From Patescibacteria group bacterium (lineage in GTDB: Bacteria; Patescibacteriota; Patescibacteriia; JBDRGY01): DNA of 64,000 bases. The position numbers were made by a program, and so were the translations under genes. Shown piece by piece: positions 37,212-46,538 of this stretch. Within the stretch, counting starts at the first letter, position 1, and every line of letters starts with the position of its first letter. Below the pieces are notes generated by a model. It had not been told where the DNA came from, made no database searches, and saw only the letters and a program-made list of their open reading frames with translations. The DNA is taken from contig JBDRGY010000002.1 in assembly GCA_043817315.1 (NCBI GenBank), positions 1,046-65,045 on the forward strand, read 5' to 3'.

Positions 37212-37334
37212 AACAGGCCTTTTTGTTTCACGTGAAACGGTTTTTGGCCAAAAACATATATTCGTTATATAATCAAAAAACGCTCTTTTAAACAATTAGG
37301 GCAAAACAAGTTTCTTCAGCCACAAGGAGGAGAG

Positions 37335-38087
37335 ATGGATCTGGGCGACAGAGGCATTGATAGGGTCGAATTTCGGCTGCTGGAAGTAAGCAACGGTCAC
37401 AGCTCTGACTGGATGACTTTCTGTGACATCAGATCCTTGTCTGATTTCCTGGACCTGATGGAAGGCTGGCAGGAGTGGCTGGTTCCAGACATTCCCGATC
37501 TTGACCGCTTCCTGGTTTGGGTCTATTTCGAGGATGGAACCAAGCGCACTTTTGAAGTAACTGAGGCCTACGCCGCAGATTACACTAACGCTCCAGAAGA
37601 GGTCACCTACCCCATTTCCTCTGAGGCCTTCTACTTCTTGGCTCGGGCCGTTCAGACTCATAGTTTCAGCTCGCTGGCCAAGCTGTCTCTTGTTCGCTGT
37701 CTGAGCGCTACAACCAAGATAGAGGTCAATAACACTTGGACTTGCGATGACCCGCATGGCTGGAAACAACGCCGAGGCAGCATCGAAGGCGATCTCTTGG
37801 GCCCTATCATCGAAGCCCTTAGGCCAGGCGACCCGGTCGGCTTTTTTATGGCCAGCCCCCAAGTTCCACATTACTGGATCAGCCTGTATGATGCCGACAA
37901 CCATCTCCTGGTTGACTTTCTGGTGTTGGATCGCCTCATCCATCTCGGCGGTCAAGCATCCGACTGGTTCTTCTTCGGCGCTGCTAACCTGCACACCTTA
38001 CTCGATGAAGTCATGCAAGGCTTCCCGGTAACATCAACCGATCTCGACGAAGTTATTGAAGCGCTGGCCCAATCAAGAAGTTACTAG
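37335..38087 (+). CDS. Hypothetical protein (250 aa), G+C-rich
   Basis: RBS AAGGAGGAGAG, TATAAT at 37268-73, strong terminator 38102-38152. The antisense ORF 37296..37994 is judged a shadow ORF. Confidence 0.65.
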   Translation: MDLGDRGIDRVEFRLLEVSNGHSSDWMTFCDIRSLSDFLDLMEGWQEWLVPDIPDLDRFLVWVYFEDGTKRTFEVTEAYAADYTNAPEEVTYPISSEAFYFLARAVQTHSFSSLAKLSLVRCLSATTKIEVNNTWTCDDPHGWKQRRGSIEGDLLGPIIEALRPGDPVGFFMASPQVPHYWISLYDADNHLLVDFLVLDRLIHLGGQASDWFFFGAANLHTLLDEVMQGFPVTSTDLDEVIEALAQSRSY

Positions 38088-38101
38088 ACTGTTCCTTTAG
38101 C

Positions 38102-38152
38102 TCCATCGAGCCTGCCTATCGGCAGACAGGCTGGTCTCGATGGAGTTTTTTA
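38102..38152 (+). terminator. Long hairpin terminator (CTCCATCGAG...CTCGATGGAG plus T6) whose loop carries a CCTGCCTATCGGCAG motif
   Basis: Read directly. The inner motif resembles the tRNA bracket motif CCCGCCTATCGG at 30540. Confidence 0.7.
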
Positions 38153-38171
38153 ATTTGCTATAATAAAGATA

Positions 38172-38774
38172 ATGACTTATCCTAATCGTCAACTAGAAAA
38201 CAAATTGGCTAAAAAGTATCAGCGAATCGCCGGAGTGGATGAAGCCGGTCGAGGTGCTCTGGCCGGACCAATTGTAGCTGGAGCCGTGATTATGCCCCGG
38301 AAAAGAATTTTAGGTATCAAAGACTCAAAGCTGCTTTCGCCCCAAAAACGCCAGATCCTTTTTAAAGAAATTAAAAAAGAAGCGATTGCCTGGGCCATTG
38401 GTTCTGTCTCCAATAAACAAATCGATAAGATCGGTATCGGCCGGGCCAATAAGCTGGCTATTCAAAAAGCAATTGGTAAATTGAATCCTAGACCAGATTA
38501 TGTTTTAATCGACGGTAATTTAAAAATCGATTCTAAGCTTCCCTACCGCTCAATTATTGATGGTGACTATAAAATCTATGTAATTGCCGCTGCTTCTATA
38601 TTGGCCAAAGTCTATCGGGACAATCTTCTCGTCAGCTATCATCGGAAATATCCTAAATATCAACTGTCCAGTCACAAGGGGTATGGCACCAAAACCCATC
38701 TGGTCCAGCTTAAAAAGCTGGGACCGAGTCAGCTGCACCGCCTCAGTTTCCTGTCAGGCCTTTTAAAAAGGTAA
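38172..38774 (+). CDS. rnhB: Ribonuclease HII
   Basis: 200 aa. GVDEAGRGALAGP, DSK.L, SAASILAK-like AAASILAKV. Confidence 0.9.
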   Translation: MTYPNRQLENKLAKKYQRIAGVDEAGRGALAGPIVAGAVIMPRKRILGIKDSKLLSPQKRQILFKEIKKEAIAWAIGSVSNKQIDKIGIGRANKLAIQKAIGKLNPRPDYVLIDGNLKIDSKLPYRSIIDGDYKIYVIAAASILAKVYRDNLLVSYHRKYPKYQLSSHKGYGTKTHLVQLKKLGPSQLHRLSFLSGLLKR

Positions 38775-38807
38775 AAAGTGTGCTATAATGTAAGTGAAAA
38801 TAAGCTT

Positions 38808-39362
38808 ATGACAGTCCAAGTATCCGGGGGAAACGAATTAATAAACCCCGAGAAAATTCTTAAGAAAATCAAAATAGGCTTCGGCGATAAAGTGGCTGAT
38901 TTCGGCTGTGGCGGAGCTGGTTTTTTTACTTTAGCTACAGCCAAAATGGTAGGACAAGACGGGATAGTCTATGCGGTTGATGTCCTTAAACCCGTCCTGG
39001 CCGCCATCGAAAGCAAGGCTTTCTTAAACGGTGTTAAAAATATCAAAACGATTTGGTCTAACTTGGAAGTTTACCAGGCCACTCACATTCCCGACCAAGC
39101 GGTTGACCTGGGGATGTTGATCAATGTTTTATTCCAAGGAACCAAGAAACTGGATATGCTCAAGGAGTGCGCTCGCATTGTTAAAAAGGGTGGACGGTTC
39201 GTAATCATCGATTGGAAGTCAATCGGAGCCCCCTTCGGACCCCCTGCCAAGATGCGGATACCCGAAGAGAAGATTAGGGAGATGACCAAGATGCTAAATC
39301 TCAAAGAAGAAGAATTCTTTGACGCGGGCACTTACCATTATTGCTTCATCTTCAGAAAATAA
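38808..39362 (+). CDS. Class I SAM-dependent methyltransferase
   Basis: Motif I VADFGCGGAGF. I prefer the ATG at 38808 (MTVQVSGG...) to the upstream GTG of the track ORF. Confidence 0.7.
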   Translation: MTVQVSGGNELINPEKILKKIKIGFGDKVADFGCGGAGFFTLATAKMVGQDGIVYAVDVLKPVLAAIESKAFLNGVKNIKTIWSNLEVYQATHIPDQAVDLGMLINVLFQGTKKLDMLKECARIVKKGGRFVIIDWKSIGAPFGPPAKMRIPEEKIREMTKMLNLKEEEFFDAGTYHYCFIFRK

Positions 39363-39410
39363 ATTTGTAATTTAGAAAGTTCAGCGACCAGCAATGGTCA
39401 TTTTTTTATT

Positions 39411-39788
39411 ATGAAGAACTATCGGCAAAATTTAGGCGACTGGGGTGAACAGCTAGCTGTAAAATATTTAGCGAAGCTCGGTTATCGGATATTGAATAGA
39501 AAGTGGCGCGTCCGGGAGGGCGAAATTGATTTGATCGCCCTGGAAGGGAATACTTTGGTTTTTATCGAAGTTAAAACCAGGCGTTCTCATCTTTTTGGCC
39601 TGGCTGTGGAATCTATCACCCCCGGGAAGCAGATGAAAATGATAAAAAGCATTCAGAAATACTTGGCTCAGCATATTAATGCCAAAAAGAGGCAAATTAG
39701 AATTGATGTTATCCTCATTGACCTTGATAAGAATTCAAAAATATATCTGACTCACATGAAAAATCCTGTCATTGACTGTCAGGAATGA
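39411..39788 (+). CDS. YraN-family endonuclease (UPF0102)
   Basis: 125 aa. GE..A..YL...GY.IL..N.R...GEIDLIA......VFIEVKTR. Confidence 0.8.
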   Translation: MKNYRQNLGDWGEQLAVKYLAKLGYRILNRKWRVREGEIDLIALEGNTLVFIEVKTRRSHLFGLAVESITPGKQMKMIKSIQKYLAQHINAKKRQIRIDVILIDLDKNSKIYLTHMKNPVIDCQE

Positions 39789-39876
39789 TACTTGCCAAAT
39801 ATTGACCTTTAATTTATACTAATAATGGACTAGTTTTTAAACTAGTCTTTTTTATTAAGTAATCAATTTAAATCTC

Positions 39877-41169
39877 ATGAAATCAGAAATATCAGCCGCC
39901 ATAAAACAAATATGTCAGGAAAAAAATATATCCTACGAATCGGTAATTGAGACTATCGAGGCAGCTTTGGCTGTGGCCTACCGCAAGGATTTTGGCGAAA
40001 AAGATCAGAATATTATTGTCAATTTTGACCCGGACACCAGTAAGTCTGATGTTTTTGACGTAAAAAAGGTGGTAGCTGACGAGGCTGAAGACTTAGAGAG
40101 CTTTGATCCCAAAGCAGAGATTATTTTAACCGAAGCTCAAAAAATCAAGAAAGGTGCCAAAATTGATGACGAGCTAAAAGAAAAGTTGGTACCACCGACT
40201 GATTACGGACGAATGGCCGCCCAGACCGCTAAGCAGGTTATCATCCAAAAGTTACGAGAGGCCGAAAGAGAAACACTTTACAATGAATATAAGTCCAAAG
40301 AGGGCGAGATCGTTACCGGAATAATCCAGGGCATTGAGGGCCGGGTGGTCTTGGTAGAGTTAGGGCATGCCACCGGTATTATGCCTCCTCAAGAACAGAT
40401 CCGCGATGAAAATTACCGATCAGGCCAAAGGATGAAAATATTTATCGTGTCGGTTAACGCTACTTCCAAGGGTCCGGAGATTATAGTCTCCCGCGCTCAT
40501 CCTGATATGGTAAAACGACTATTTACTCAGGAAGTGCCCGAAATCCAAAATGGGGCTATCGAAATCAAGGCCATTGGTCGAGAAGCTGGTTCTAGAACTA
40601 AAATAGCTGTGCGCTCCAACCAAGCCAACATAGATCCTATCGGATCCTGTGTTGGGCAAAGGGGTAGTCGTGTCCAAACTATTATTGGTGAACTGGGCGG
40701 AGAAAAGGTTGACATTGTCCAGTATGATGATGATCCGATTAAATTTATCGTTAATGCACTTTCTCCGGCAAAAATAATTTCGGTTAAGCTTGATCGCAAA
40801 GAAAAATCGGCAATAGCCGAAGTAAAAGAGGATCAACTCTCTTTAGCTATTGGCAAGGGGGGACAGAACGTTCGTTTATCCGCAAGAATATCCGGATGGA
40901 AAATTGATATTGTACCTGAAGGGGAGAAGAAACCGGCTAGAGCTGACAAAGATGATAAAAAAGATGAGGACAAAGAAGAAAAGGACAAAAAAGAAGATGA
41001 GTCGGAAAAGAAGACCGACAAGAAGGAAAAGAAAGAGACTAAGGAAGATGATGAACCGAAAAAAAAGAAGAAAGAGAAGGCGGAAAAGGAAGAAGAGGAA
41101 AAACCTAATCCCAAGAAAGAGGACAAAGAAGAAAAGGACAAAAAAGAAGAAGGCAAGAAAGGTAACTAA
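39877..41169 (+). CDS. nusA: Transcription termination/antitermination factor NusA with a Lys/Glu-rich C-terminal tail
   Basis: 430 aa. An S1 domain and two KH domains (IGSCVGQRGSRVQ, AIGKGGQNVRL), then about 90 aa of KE low complexity. Confidence 0.9.
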   Translation: MKSEISAAIKQICQEKNISYESVIETIEAALAVAYRKDFGEKDQNIIVNFDPDTSKSDVFDVKKVVADEAEDLESFDPKAEIILTEAQKIKKGAKIDDELKEKLVPPTDYGRMAAQTAKQVIIQKLREAERETLYNEYKSKEGEIVTGIIQGIEGRVVLVELGHATGIMPPQEQIRDENYRSGQRMKIFIVSVNATSKGPEIIVSRAHPDMVKRLFTQEVPEIQNGAIEIKAIGREAGSRTKIAVRSNQANIDPIGSCVGQRGSRVQTIIGELGGEKVDIVQYDDDPIKFIVNALSPAKIISVKLDRKEKSAIAEVKEDQLSLAIGKGGQNVRLSARISGWKIDIVPEGEKKPARADKDDKKDEDKEEKDKKEDESEKKTDKKEKKETKEDDEPKKKKKEKAEKEEEEKPNPKKEDKEEKDKKEEGKKGN

Positions 41170-41209
41170 TAAGTCTGATAAAACATAAATTTAAAAAGGA
41201 GAAACTAAG

Positions 41210-43183
41210 ATGCACCTAGGAATTATCGCCATCATTTTCGGACTAGCTGGTTTATTGGTCGCCTTGATCCTATTCTTTTTGGTCAAGAGGCAGCCGGCTG
41301 GGAATGAAACAATGAAAGACATTTCAGATCAAATCCATCAAGGAGCTATGGTTTTTCTGAAAAAAGAGTATTCAATCCTTTCAATTTTTATTATTGCAAT
41401 ATTTGTTTTGCTTTTCTGGAAAATCGGTCAGTGGACAGCTGTGGCTTATCTAACTGGATCGGTCTGTTCCATGATTGCCGGTTATTTCGGCATGCAGGCA
41501 GCCACCAAGGCCAATGTCAGAACCGCCCAAGCTGCTTCAACTGGCGATCAGGGCAGGGCCTTAACCACTGCCTTTACTGGCGGAGCGGTAATGGGTCTAT
41601 CAGTAGCTGCTTTGGGCATGTTAGGTTTGGGAATATATTATTATTTTTTTCGAGACAGCAATCCAGCCGTTTTATCCGGCTTTTCCATGGGAGCCTCATC
41701 AATCGCCTTATTCGCCAGGGTAGGTGGAGGAATTTTCACCAAATCAGCTGATGTCGGAGCTGATCTGGTCGGTAAGATAGAGGCCGGCATTCCCGAAGAT
41801 GATCCCAGAAATCCAGCTGTTATTGCCGACAACGTCGGTGATAATGTCGGTGATGTTGCCGGAATGGGAGCTGATATTTTTGAATCTTACGTCGGTTCCA
41901 TTGTAGCCACCATCGCTATCGCCGCCACTGCAGCTACTTATGCTGCTTTGAAGCTGGAATATATGGCCCTGCCACTCTGGGTAGTAATTACAGGGCTAGT
42001 GGCCTCTGTTCTGGGGATTCTTTCAGTCCGAGTGTTTAGTAAAATGAATCCTCAGACTGTTTTGCGGCTAGTAACTTATGTGGCAGCTTTGATCCTATTA
42101 ATCGTTTCTTATTTTATTGTGGATAAACTGGGTTTACCGGTGGGTGTTTTTTGGGCCATTCTATCCGGCACCATTGCTGGCATTGTGATCGGCTTATTAA
42201 CTGAGTTTTACACTTCAGGTAGTCCGGTTCGGAAAATCGCTAAAGCTTCGGAAACAGGTGCGGCCACCAATATCATCACCGGCCTAGCTGTCGGCATGGA
42301 AAGCGTAGTGGCGCCGGTCATTATTATCAGCGCTGCGGTTTTTATCTCTTTTCAGATGGCCGGTTTATACGGAATCGGTATTGCTGCCGTAGGAATGCTG
42401 GCCACAATCGGTGTCACCATGTCAGTGGATGCTTACGGCCCGATAGCTGATAATGCTGGCGGCATTTCAGAAATGGCACATCTGCCTCCGGAAACCAGAA
42501 AGGTAACTGATAAACTTGATTCTCTCGGCAATACCACAGCAGCTATTGGTAAGGGCTTTGCCATCGGTTCGGCTGCCCTGACTGCCTTGGCCTTGTTTTC
42601 TGCTTACACAACGGCTGTTGGCTTAGATAGTATTAATCTGACTGAAGCCACAGTGGTAGTCGGTTTATTTATTGGCGGCCTACTTCCCTTCTTTATTGCC
42701 TCTAGTACCATGACGGCCGTGGGCCGAGCCGCCTTTAAAATGGTTAATGAAGTCCGAAGACAGTTTAAAGAAATCTCCGGCTTAATGGAGGGAACGGCCA
42801 AACCAGACTCGGCTCGTTGTGTCTCTATTGCTGCCACGGGGGCTCTTAAAGAAATGATTATACCGGGCTTAGTTGCCATTATTGCGCCTGTACTAGTCGG
42901 CCTATTCTTGGGTAAAGCGGCCTTGGGCGGACTTCTGGCTGGCGCCACCCTGACCGGTGTATTACTGGCTTTGATGATGGCCAACGGAGGCGGTGCCTGG
43001 GACAATGCCAAGAAGTATATCGAGGCTGGTCACCATGGAGGTAAGGGGTCTGCTCCCCATAAAGCTGCAGTGGTTGGTGACACGGTTGGTGATCCCTTTA
43101 AAGACACCTCTGGCCCCTCAATGAATATTCTAATAAAGTTGATGGCAGTAGTGGCACTGGTTCTGGCCCCCCTCTTTATCTAA
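41210..43183 (+). CDS. hppA: Membrane-bound proton/sodium-translocating pyrophosphatase
   Basis: 657 aa. GGG(I)[41 protein letters not shown]. Confidence 0.95.
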   Translation: MHLGIIAIIFGLAGLLVALILFFLVKRQPAGNETMKDISDQIHQGAMVFLKKEYSILSIFIIAIFVLLFWKIGQWTAVAYLTGSVCSMIAGYFGMQAATKANVRTAQAASTGDQGRALTTAFTGGAVMGLSVAALGMLGLGIYYYFFRDSNPAVLSGFSMGASSIALFARVGGGIFTKSADVGADLVGKIEAGIPEDDPRNPAVIADNVGDNVGDVAGMGADIFESYVGSIVATIAIAATAATYAALKLEYMALPLWVVITGLVASVLGILSVRVFSKMNPQTVLRLVTYVAALILLIVSYFIVDKLGLPVGVFWAILSGTIAGIVIGLLTEFYTSGSPVRKIAKASETGAATNIITGLAVGMESVVAPVIIISAAVFISFQMAGLYGIGIAAVGMLATIGVTMSVDAYGPIADNAGGISEMAHLPPETRKVTDKLDSLGNTTAAIGKGFAIGSAALTALALFSAYTTAVGLDSINLTEATVVVGLFIGGLLPFFIASSTMTAVGRAAFKMVNEVRRQFKEISGLMEGTAKPDSARCVSIAATGALKEMIIPGLVAIIAPVLVGLFLGKAALGGLLAGATLTGVLLALMMANGGGAWDNAKKYIEAGHHGGKGSAPHKAAVVGDTVGDPFKDTSGPSMNILIKLMAVVALVLAPLFI

Positions 43184-43195
43184 AATAGTTTTCAT

Positions 43196-43852
43196 ATGGA
43201 AAAAACTTATCCTATCTTTAGACGCACTCTTGGTGCTGCCTTTATGTGGCGACCCGATGAGGTTGTTGGTTATGACAATATTCCAGCTAAAGGCCCCTTC
43301 ATTGTGGCTGTTAACCACATCAGTCATCTAGAGCCGTTTATGGTAGGTGCTCAGGTGGTCAAAAAAACTGACCAAAAAGTTCACTACATAGCTAAGCCAG
43401 AATACTGGAAATGGCCCGGTGCCAAACTGGCTGCTCAATATTCCGGGGCGGTAGTCTACGACAAAAAAGACAAGAAGGGTTGTCTGGACCCAGCCCTCAA
43501 TGTATTGAAGACTGGAGGAATAATGGCAATTTTTCCAGAGGGCACCAGAAATTTTGACTACGCCCTGCTGCGCGGCCATACCGGTGTTGCCAGGATGGTT
43601 TTGGGAGCTAAAGTTCCGGTACTGCCTGTTGGTTTTTTCGGACCCCACACCTACGGCTGGGACACTTTTATTCATCTGTTTTTTAAAGGAACCAAAATAA
43701 AGATTATTTTCGGTCAACTGATGCATTTTGATCAGCATTACGAAAAAAAGGTTACTAAAAAACTGCTTCAGGAAATTACCGATGAAGTTATGAGAGCCAT
43801 TGGCAAGTTGTGCCAAAAATCTTATCCTTATAAAGTAGACGTTTATAAATAA
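43196..43852 (+). CDS. plsC: 1-acyl-sn-glycerol-3-phosphate acyltransferase family protein
   Basis: 218 aa. NHISHLEP (an HX4D-type variant) and FPEGTR motifs. Confidence 0.75.
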   Translation: MEKTYPIFRRTLGAAFMWRPDEVVGYDNIPAKGPFIVAVNHISHLEPFMVGAQVVKKTDQKVHYIAKPEYWKWPGAKLAAQYSGAVVYDKKDKKGCLDPALNVLKTGGIMAIFPEGTRNFDYALLRGHTGVARMVLGAKVPVLPVGFFGPHTYGWDTFIHLFFKGTKIKIIFGQLMHFDQHYEKKVTKKLLQEITDEVMRAIGKLCQKSYPYKVDVYK

Positions 43853-43863
43853 CCAATAAAATT

Positions 43864-45315
43864 ATGGAAAAGTGGGCCAACTTACAAAAAATGCCCCTGG
43901 AAAAAATCCAGGCATTGCAAAACAAAAAACTAAAACGGTTTGTCCGGCATTTTGTCCCATATTCCCCCTACTACCGAGAATTGTTTATAAAAAATAACTT
44001 ATCCTTTTCTGACATCCAAACCACCGATGATTTGGTCAAGCTGCCCTTTACCACTAAAGAGGATTTAGCTCCTTCTGATGATGACCCTGGCCGTCCACGC
44101 AAGTTTATGCTACAGCCTGACGAAGAGCTAATTAAGAAATACGCTTCTAAGGGTGCTTTGCTAAAAATCCTGTGGCAAAAAATCACTAAACAGGATTACA
44201 AAAAAGCGCTGGAGTGGCAGTTTAAACCAATCCATTTACACTTTACGACTGGTCGTACGGCTAAGCCGACTGCTTTCGGTTATTCCGCTTATGACCTGGA
44301 GAATATCAAACAAGCCGGTGAAAGAATGTTTAACGTAGCTGGAGCAACCAGGGATATGACAAGCATTAACGGTTTTCCCTACTCTCCTCATTTAGCTTTC
44401 TGGCAAGCCTTTTTTGGCTTTACTCAAATCGGTTTAACTTCCTTGCAAACCGGCGGCGGCAAAGTGATGGGCACTCAAAAAATTATTGACGCGATCGAAA
44501 GTCTGAAGGCCAAATTGGTTGTCTTTATTCCTGGCTATGCTTATCACCTGATGCGGGAAGCAGCTTCTCAGCAAAAAGACTATTCTAATATTGAACTAGT
44601 TATTACTGGTGGTGAGAAATTAAGTCCTGGCTTCCGCGACAAAATTAGAGAATTCCTTCAGTCAATGGGATCGGCTAATCCTAAAATCTTAGCCACCTAT
44701 GCCATGACTGAAGGGAAAGTGGGCTGGATTCAGTGCCACGAGAAATCCGGCTATCATCTATATCCGGATATTGAATATTTTGAACTGGTTAACGAAGAGG
44801 GGCAGCGCGTTAAAGAAGGAGAAAAGGGCCAGATCGTTTACACCGCCCTTGATTGGCAAAGTTCCATGGTCTTGCGCTACAAAACTGGCGACTTAACCGA
44901 CAATATTGAAACTAACCCCTGCCCGCACTGCCAAAGAACCGTCCCCCGCATTAATCCAAATATTCAAAGATCATCTGAGTTCAAAGAATTCAAATTGGCC
45001 AAGGTTAAGGGCGAGCTGGTTAATTTGAATTTATTCATGCCTTTGATTTCCGGCTTGGCCGAAGTGGAAGAGTGGCAGGTAGAAATTAAAAAGAAAAATA
45101 ATGACCCCTTGGAGTTAGACGAAATTTACCTTTATGTCTCTCCCCGGCCTGGTGTTAATTGGGAATCATTTAAAACCAAGCTGGAGAAATTGGTTTATGC
45201 TGATATTGGGGTGGGCGTTATTATTGAACAGATGGATACCCAGGAAATTCTGGGGCGTCTAGGCATGGAAACCGAACTCAAAGAAAAGAGATTGCTGGAT
45301 TCCAGGCCACAATAA
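43864..45315 (+). CDS. Adenylate-forming enzyme, phenylacetate-CoA ligase / coenzyme F390 synthetase-like
   Basis: 483 aa. Family-typical FTTGRT(A)KP, ..GGEKLS, YKTGD motifs. Confidence 0.6.
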   Translation: MEKWANLQKMPLEKIQALQNKKLKRFVRHFVPYSPYYRELFIKNNLSFSDIQTTDDLVKLPFTTKEDLAPSDDDPGRPRKFMLQPDEELIKKYASKGALLKILWQKITKQDYKKALEWQFKPIHLHFTTGRTAKPTAFGYSAYDLENIKQAGERMFNVAGATRDMTSINGFPYSPHLAFWQAFFGFTQIGLTSLQTGGGKVMGTQKIIDAIESLKAKLVVFIPGYAYHLMREAASQQKDYSNIELVITGGEKLSPGFRDKIREFLQSMGSANPKILATYAMTEGKVGWIQCHEKSGYHLYPDIEYFELVNEEGQRVKEGEKGQIVYTALDWQSSMVLRYKTGDLTDNIETNPCPHCQRTVPRINPNIQRSSEFKEFKLAKVKGELVNLNLFMPLISGLAEVEEWQVEIKKKNNDPLELDEIYLYVSPRPGVNWESFKTKLEKLVYADIGVGVIIEQMDTQEILGRLGMETELKEKRLLDSRPQ

Positions 45316-45329
45316 ATAATATCTAAGAT

Positions 45330-45367
45330 AAAAAAATAGGACATCGATTGAACTCGATGTCCTTTTG
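45330..45367. terminator. Bidirectional terminator between convergent genes
   Basis: A-run, then GGACATCGA TTGAAC TCGATGTCC, then T-run. Confidence 0.7.
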
Positions 45368-45382
45368 TACCTCCTGGATTCG

Positions 45383-45880
45383 CTATCCAGCCATGGCCAG
45401 CTGGCCAGTAGATGCCTCTTTGAGGGCAAGCTCAGGACGGACTAGAACCTGACCCTCCGGGCAGATCTTGATATCCACCTTGCCTTCATTTGGCAAAGGG
45501 GTGATAGTACCGATCTGAGTACTGACATCTCCAGCCCCTTGGAAGACCCAAAGCAGATGGCCACCCGGGCCAACCTCCAGGCCCATGCCCAGGGACTCTA
45601 GTCTTTCCCGAAAGCTTTCAGGGATATCACCAATCAGCTGGAAAGAGTCTCCGGATATGACCAGCTCTCCCCTGGGATGGAAGTGCCACTCCACCTTGCC
45701 GTCATCCGATCGGGGGGTAACATTGCCGATCTGAGTGGTTATGTCCTGACCAACCGTCCGGATCGATATATGCTGACCTTTGTAGCCACGGGCGAACTCG
45801 ATTCCCCGTACCGTCAAGGAATCAGCCAGATCCGACATGCTGCCAACAAAGATGAAGTCCTGATCGCTGGACCAGCTCAT
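45383..45880 (-). CDS. Hypothetical protein (165 aa from the ATG) with an internal two-fold repeat; G+C-rich
   Basis: I prefer the ATG at 45880 (MSWSSDQDFIF...), which has a purine-rich RBS. The repeat is DITTQIGNVTPRSDDGKVEWHFHPRGELV / DVSTQIGTITPLPNEGKVDIKICPEGQVLV. Confidence 0.6.
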   Translation of the reverse strand: MSWSSDQDFIFVGSMSDLADSLTVRGIEFARGYKGQHISIRTVGQDITTQIGNVTPRSDDGKVEWHFHPRGELVISGDSFQLIGDIPESFRERLESLGMGLEVGPGGHLLWVFQGAGDVSTQIGTITPLPNEGKVDIKICPEGQVLVRPELALKEASTGQLAMAG

Positions 45881-45998
45881 TCTTTGCCCCCCTTTCCTTA
45901 GCCTGGACAATACTCCTTTTGGGACTTACCCATCTTAGCAGAAAATTTCAATTTGTCAAGTATACTTTGGTTCCAAAAAATGATAAAATTAAGCCAGC

Positions 45999-46538
45999 AT
46001 GACATTCATTTTCCAATGTATTTGGTATATGCTGCCGGCTGGTTTTGCCAACATGTCACCGGTACTGATGAAATTCGGGTTTAAGAAAATCGCCAAGCCA
46101 GTCGATGGCGGCCACACTTGGCACGGCAAGCCCATTTTGGGTAAAAGCAAAACTTGGCGCGGTTATCTTTTTGCTCCTATTTTCGGCCTGATCATGTTTG
46201 GTTTCCAGCAGTATCTGTATCAATTTGAAGCTATTCAAAGGCTTAGTTTTTTCAACTACCATGAGCAAACCATCTGGTTGGGTGCTTTGCTGGGCGCCGG
46301 AGCTATTTTGGGTGATTCTCTAAAAAGCTTCTTTAAAAGACGGGTCAATCTGCGCCCCGGGCAGAGCTGGATCCCCTTTGATCAGATAGATTACACCCTT
46401 GGGGGCCTGACTCTCGGAGCTATACTTTTCTGGCCTGGCTGGAATGTCTTTGGTACCGTTATCGGGGTTGGACTTTTTCTCCATATGATAGTAAATTTAA
46501 TTGGATATTCTATTAAACTACAAAAAACTAAACTATGA
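45999..46538 (+). CDS. CDP-archaeol synthase-like (DUF46/CarS family) integral membrane protein
   Basis: 179 aa. MLPAGFANMSPVL, GKSKTWRG, and GDSLKSFFKRR (a CDP-alcohol/cytidylyltransferase-type signature). The size fits CarS. Confidence 0.55.
   Translation: MTFIFQCIWYMLPAGFANMSPVLMKFGFKKIAKPVDGGHTWHGKPILGKSKTWRGYLFAPIFGLIMFGFQQYLYQFEAIQRLSFFNYHEQTIWLGALLGAGAILGDSLKSFFKRRVNLRPGQSWIPFDQIDYTLGGLTLGAILFWPGWNVFGTVIGVGLFLHMIVNLIGYSIKLQKTKL

Noticed and set aside
37296-37994. 232-aa minus-strand ORF overlapping the 250-aa plus-strand ORF
   Set aside because: This is a shadow ORF in a G+C-rich gene. Only the plus-strand ORF has an AGGAGG RBS, a TATAAT box and a downstream terminator in the right orientation.
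40833-41188. ORFs 40833..41156 (minus) and 40850..41188 (plus) with poly-S/F or poly-K/R peptides
   Set aside because: They are frame artefacts of the Lys/Glu-rich low-complexity tail of nusA (GAA/AAG repeats).
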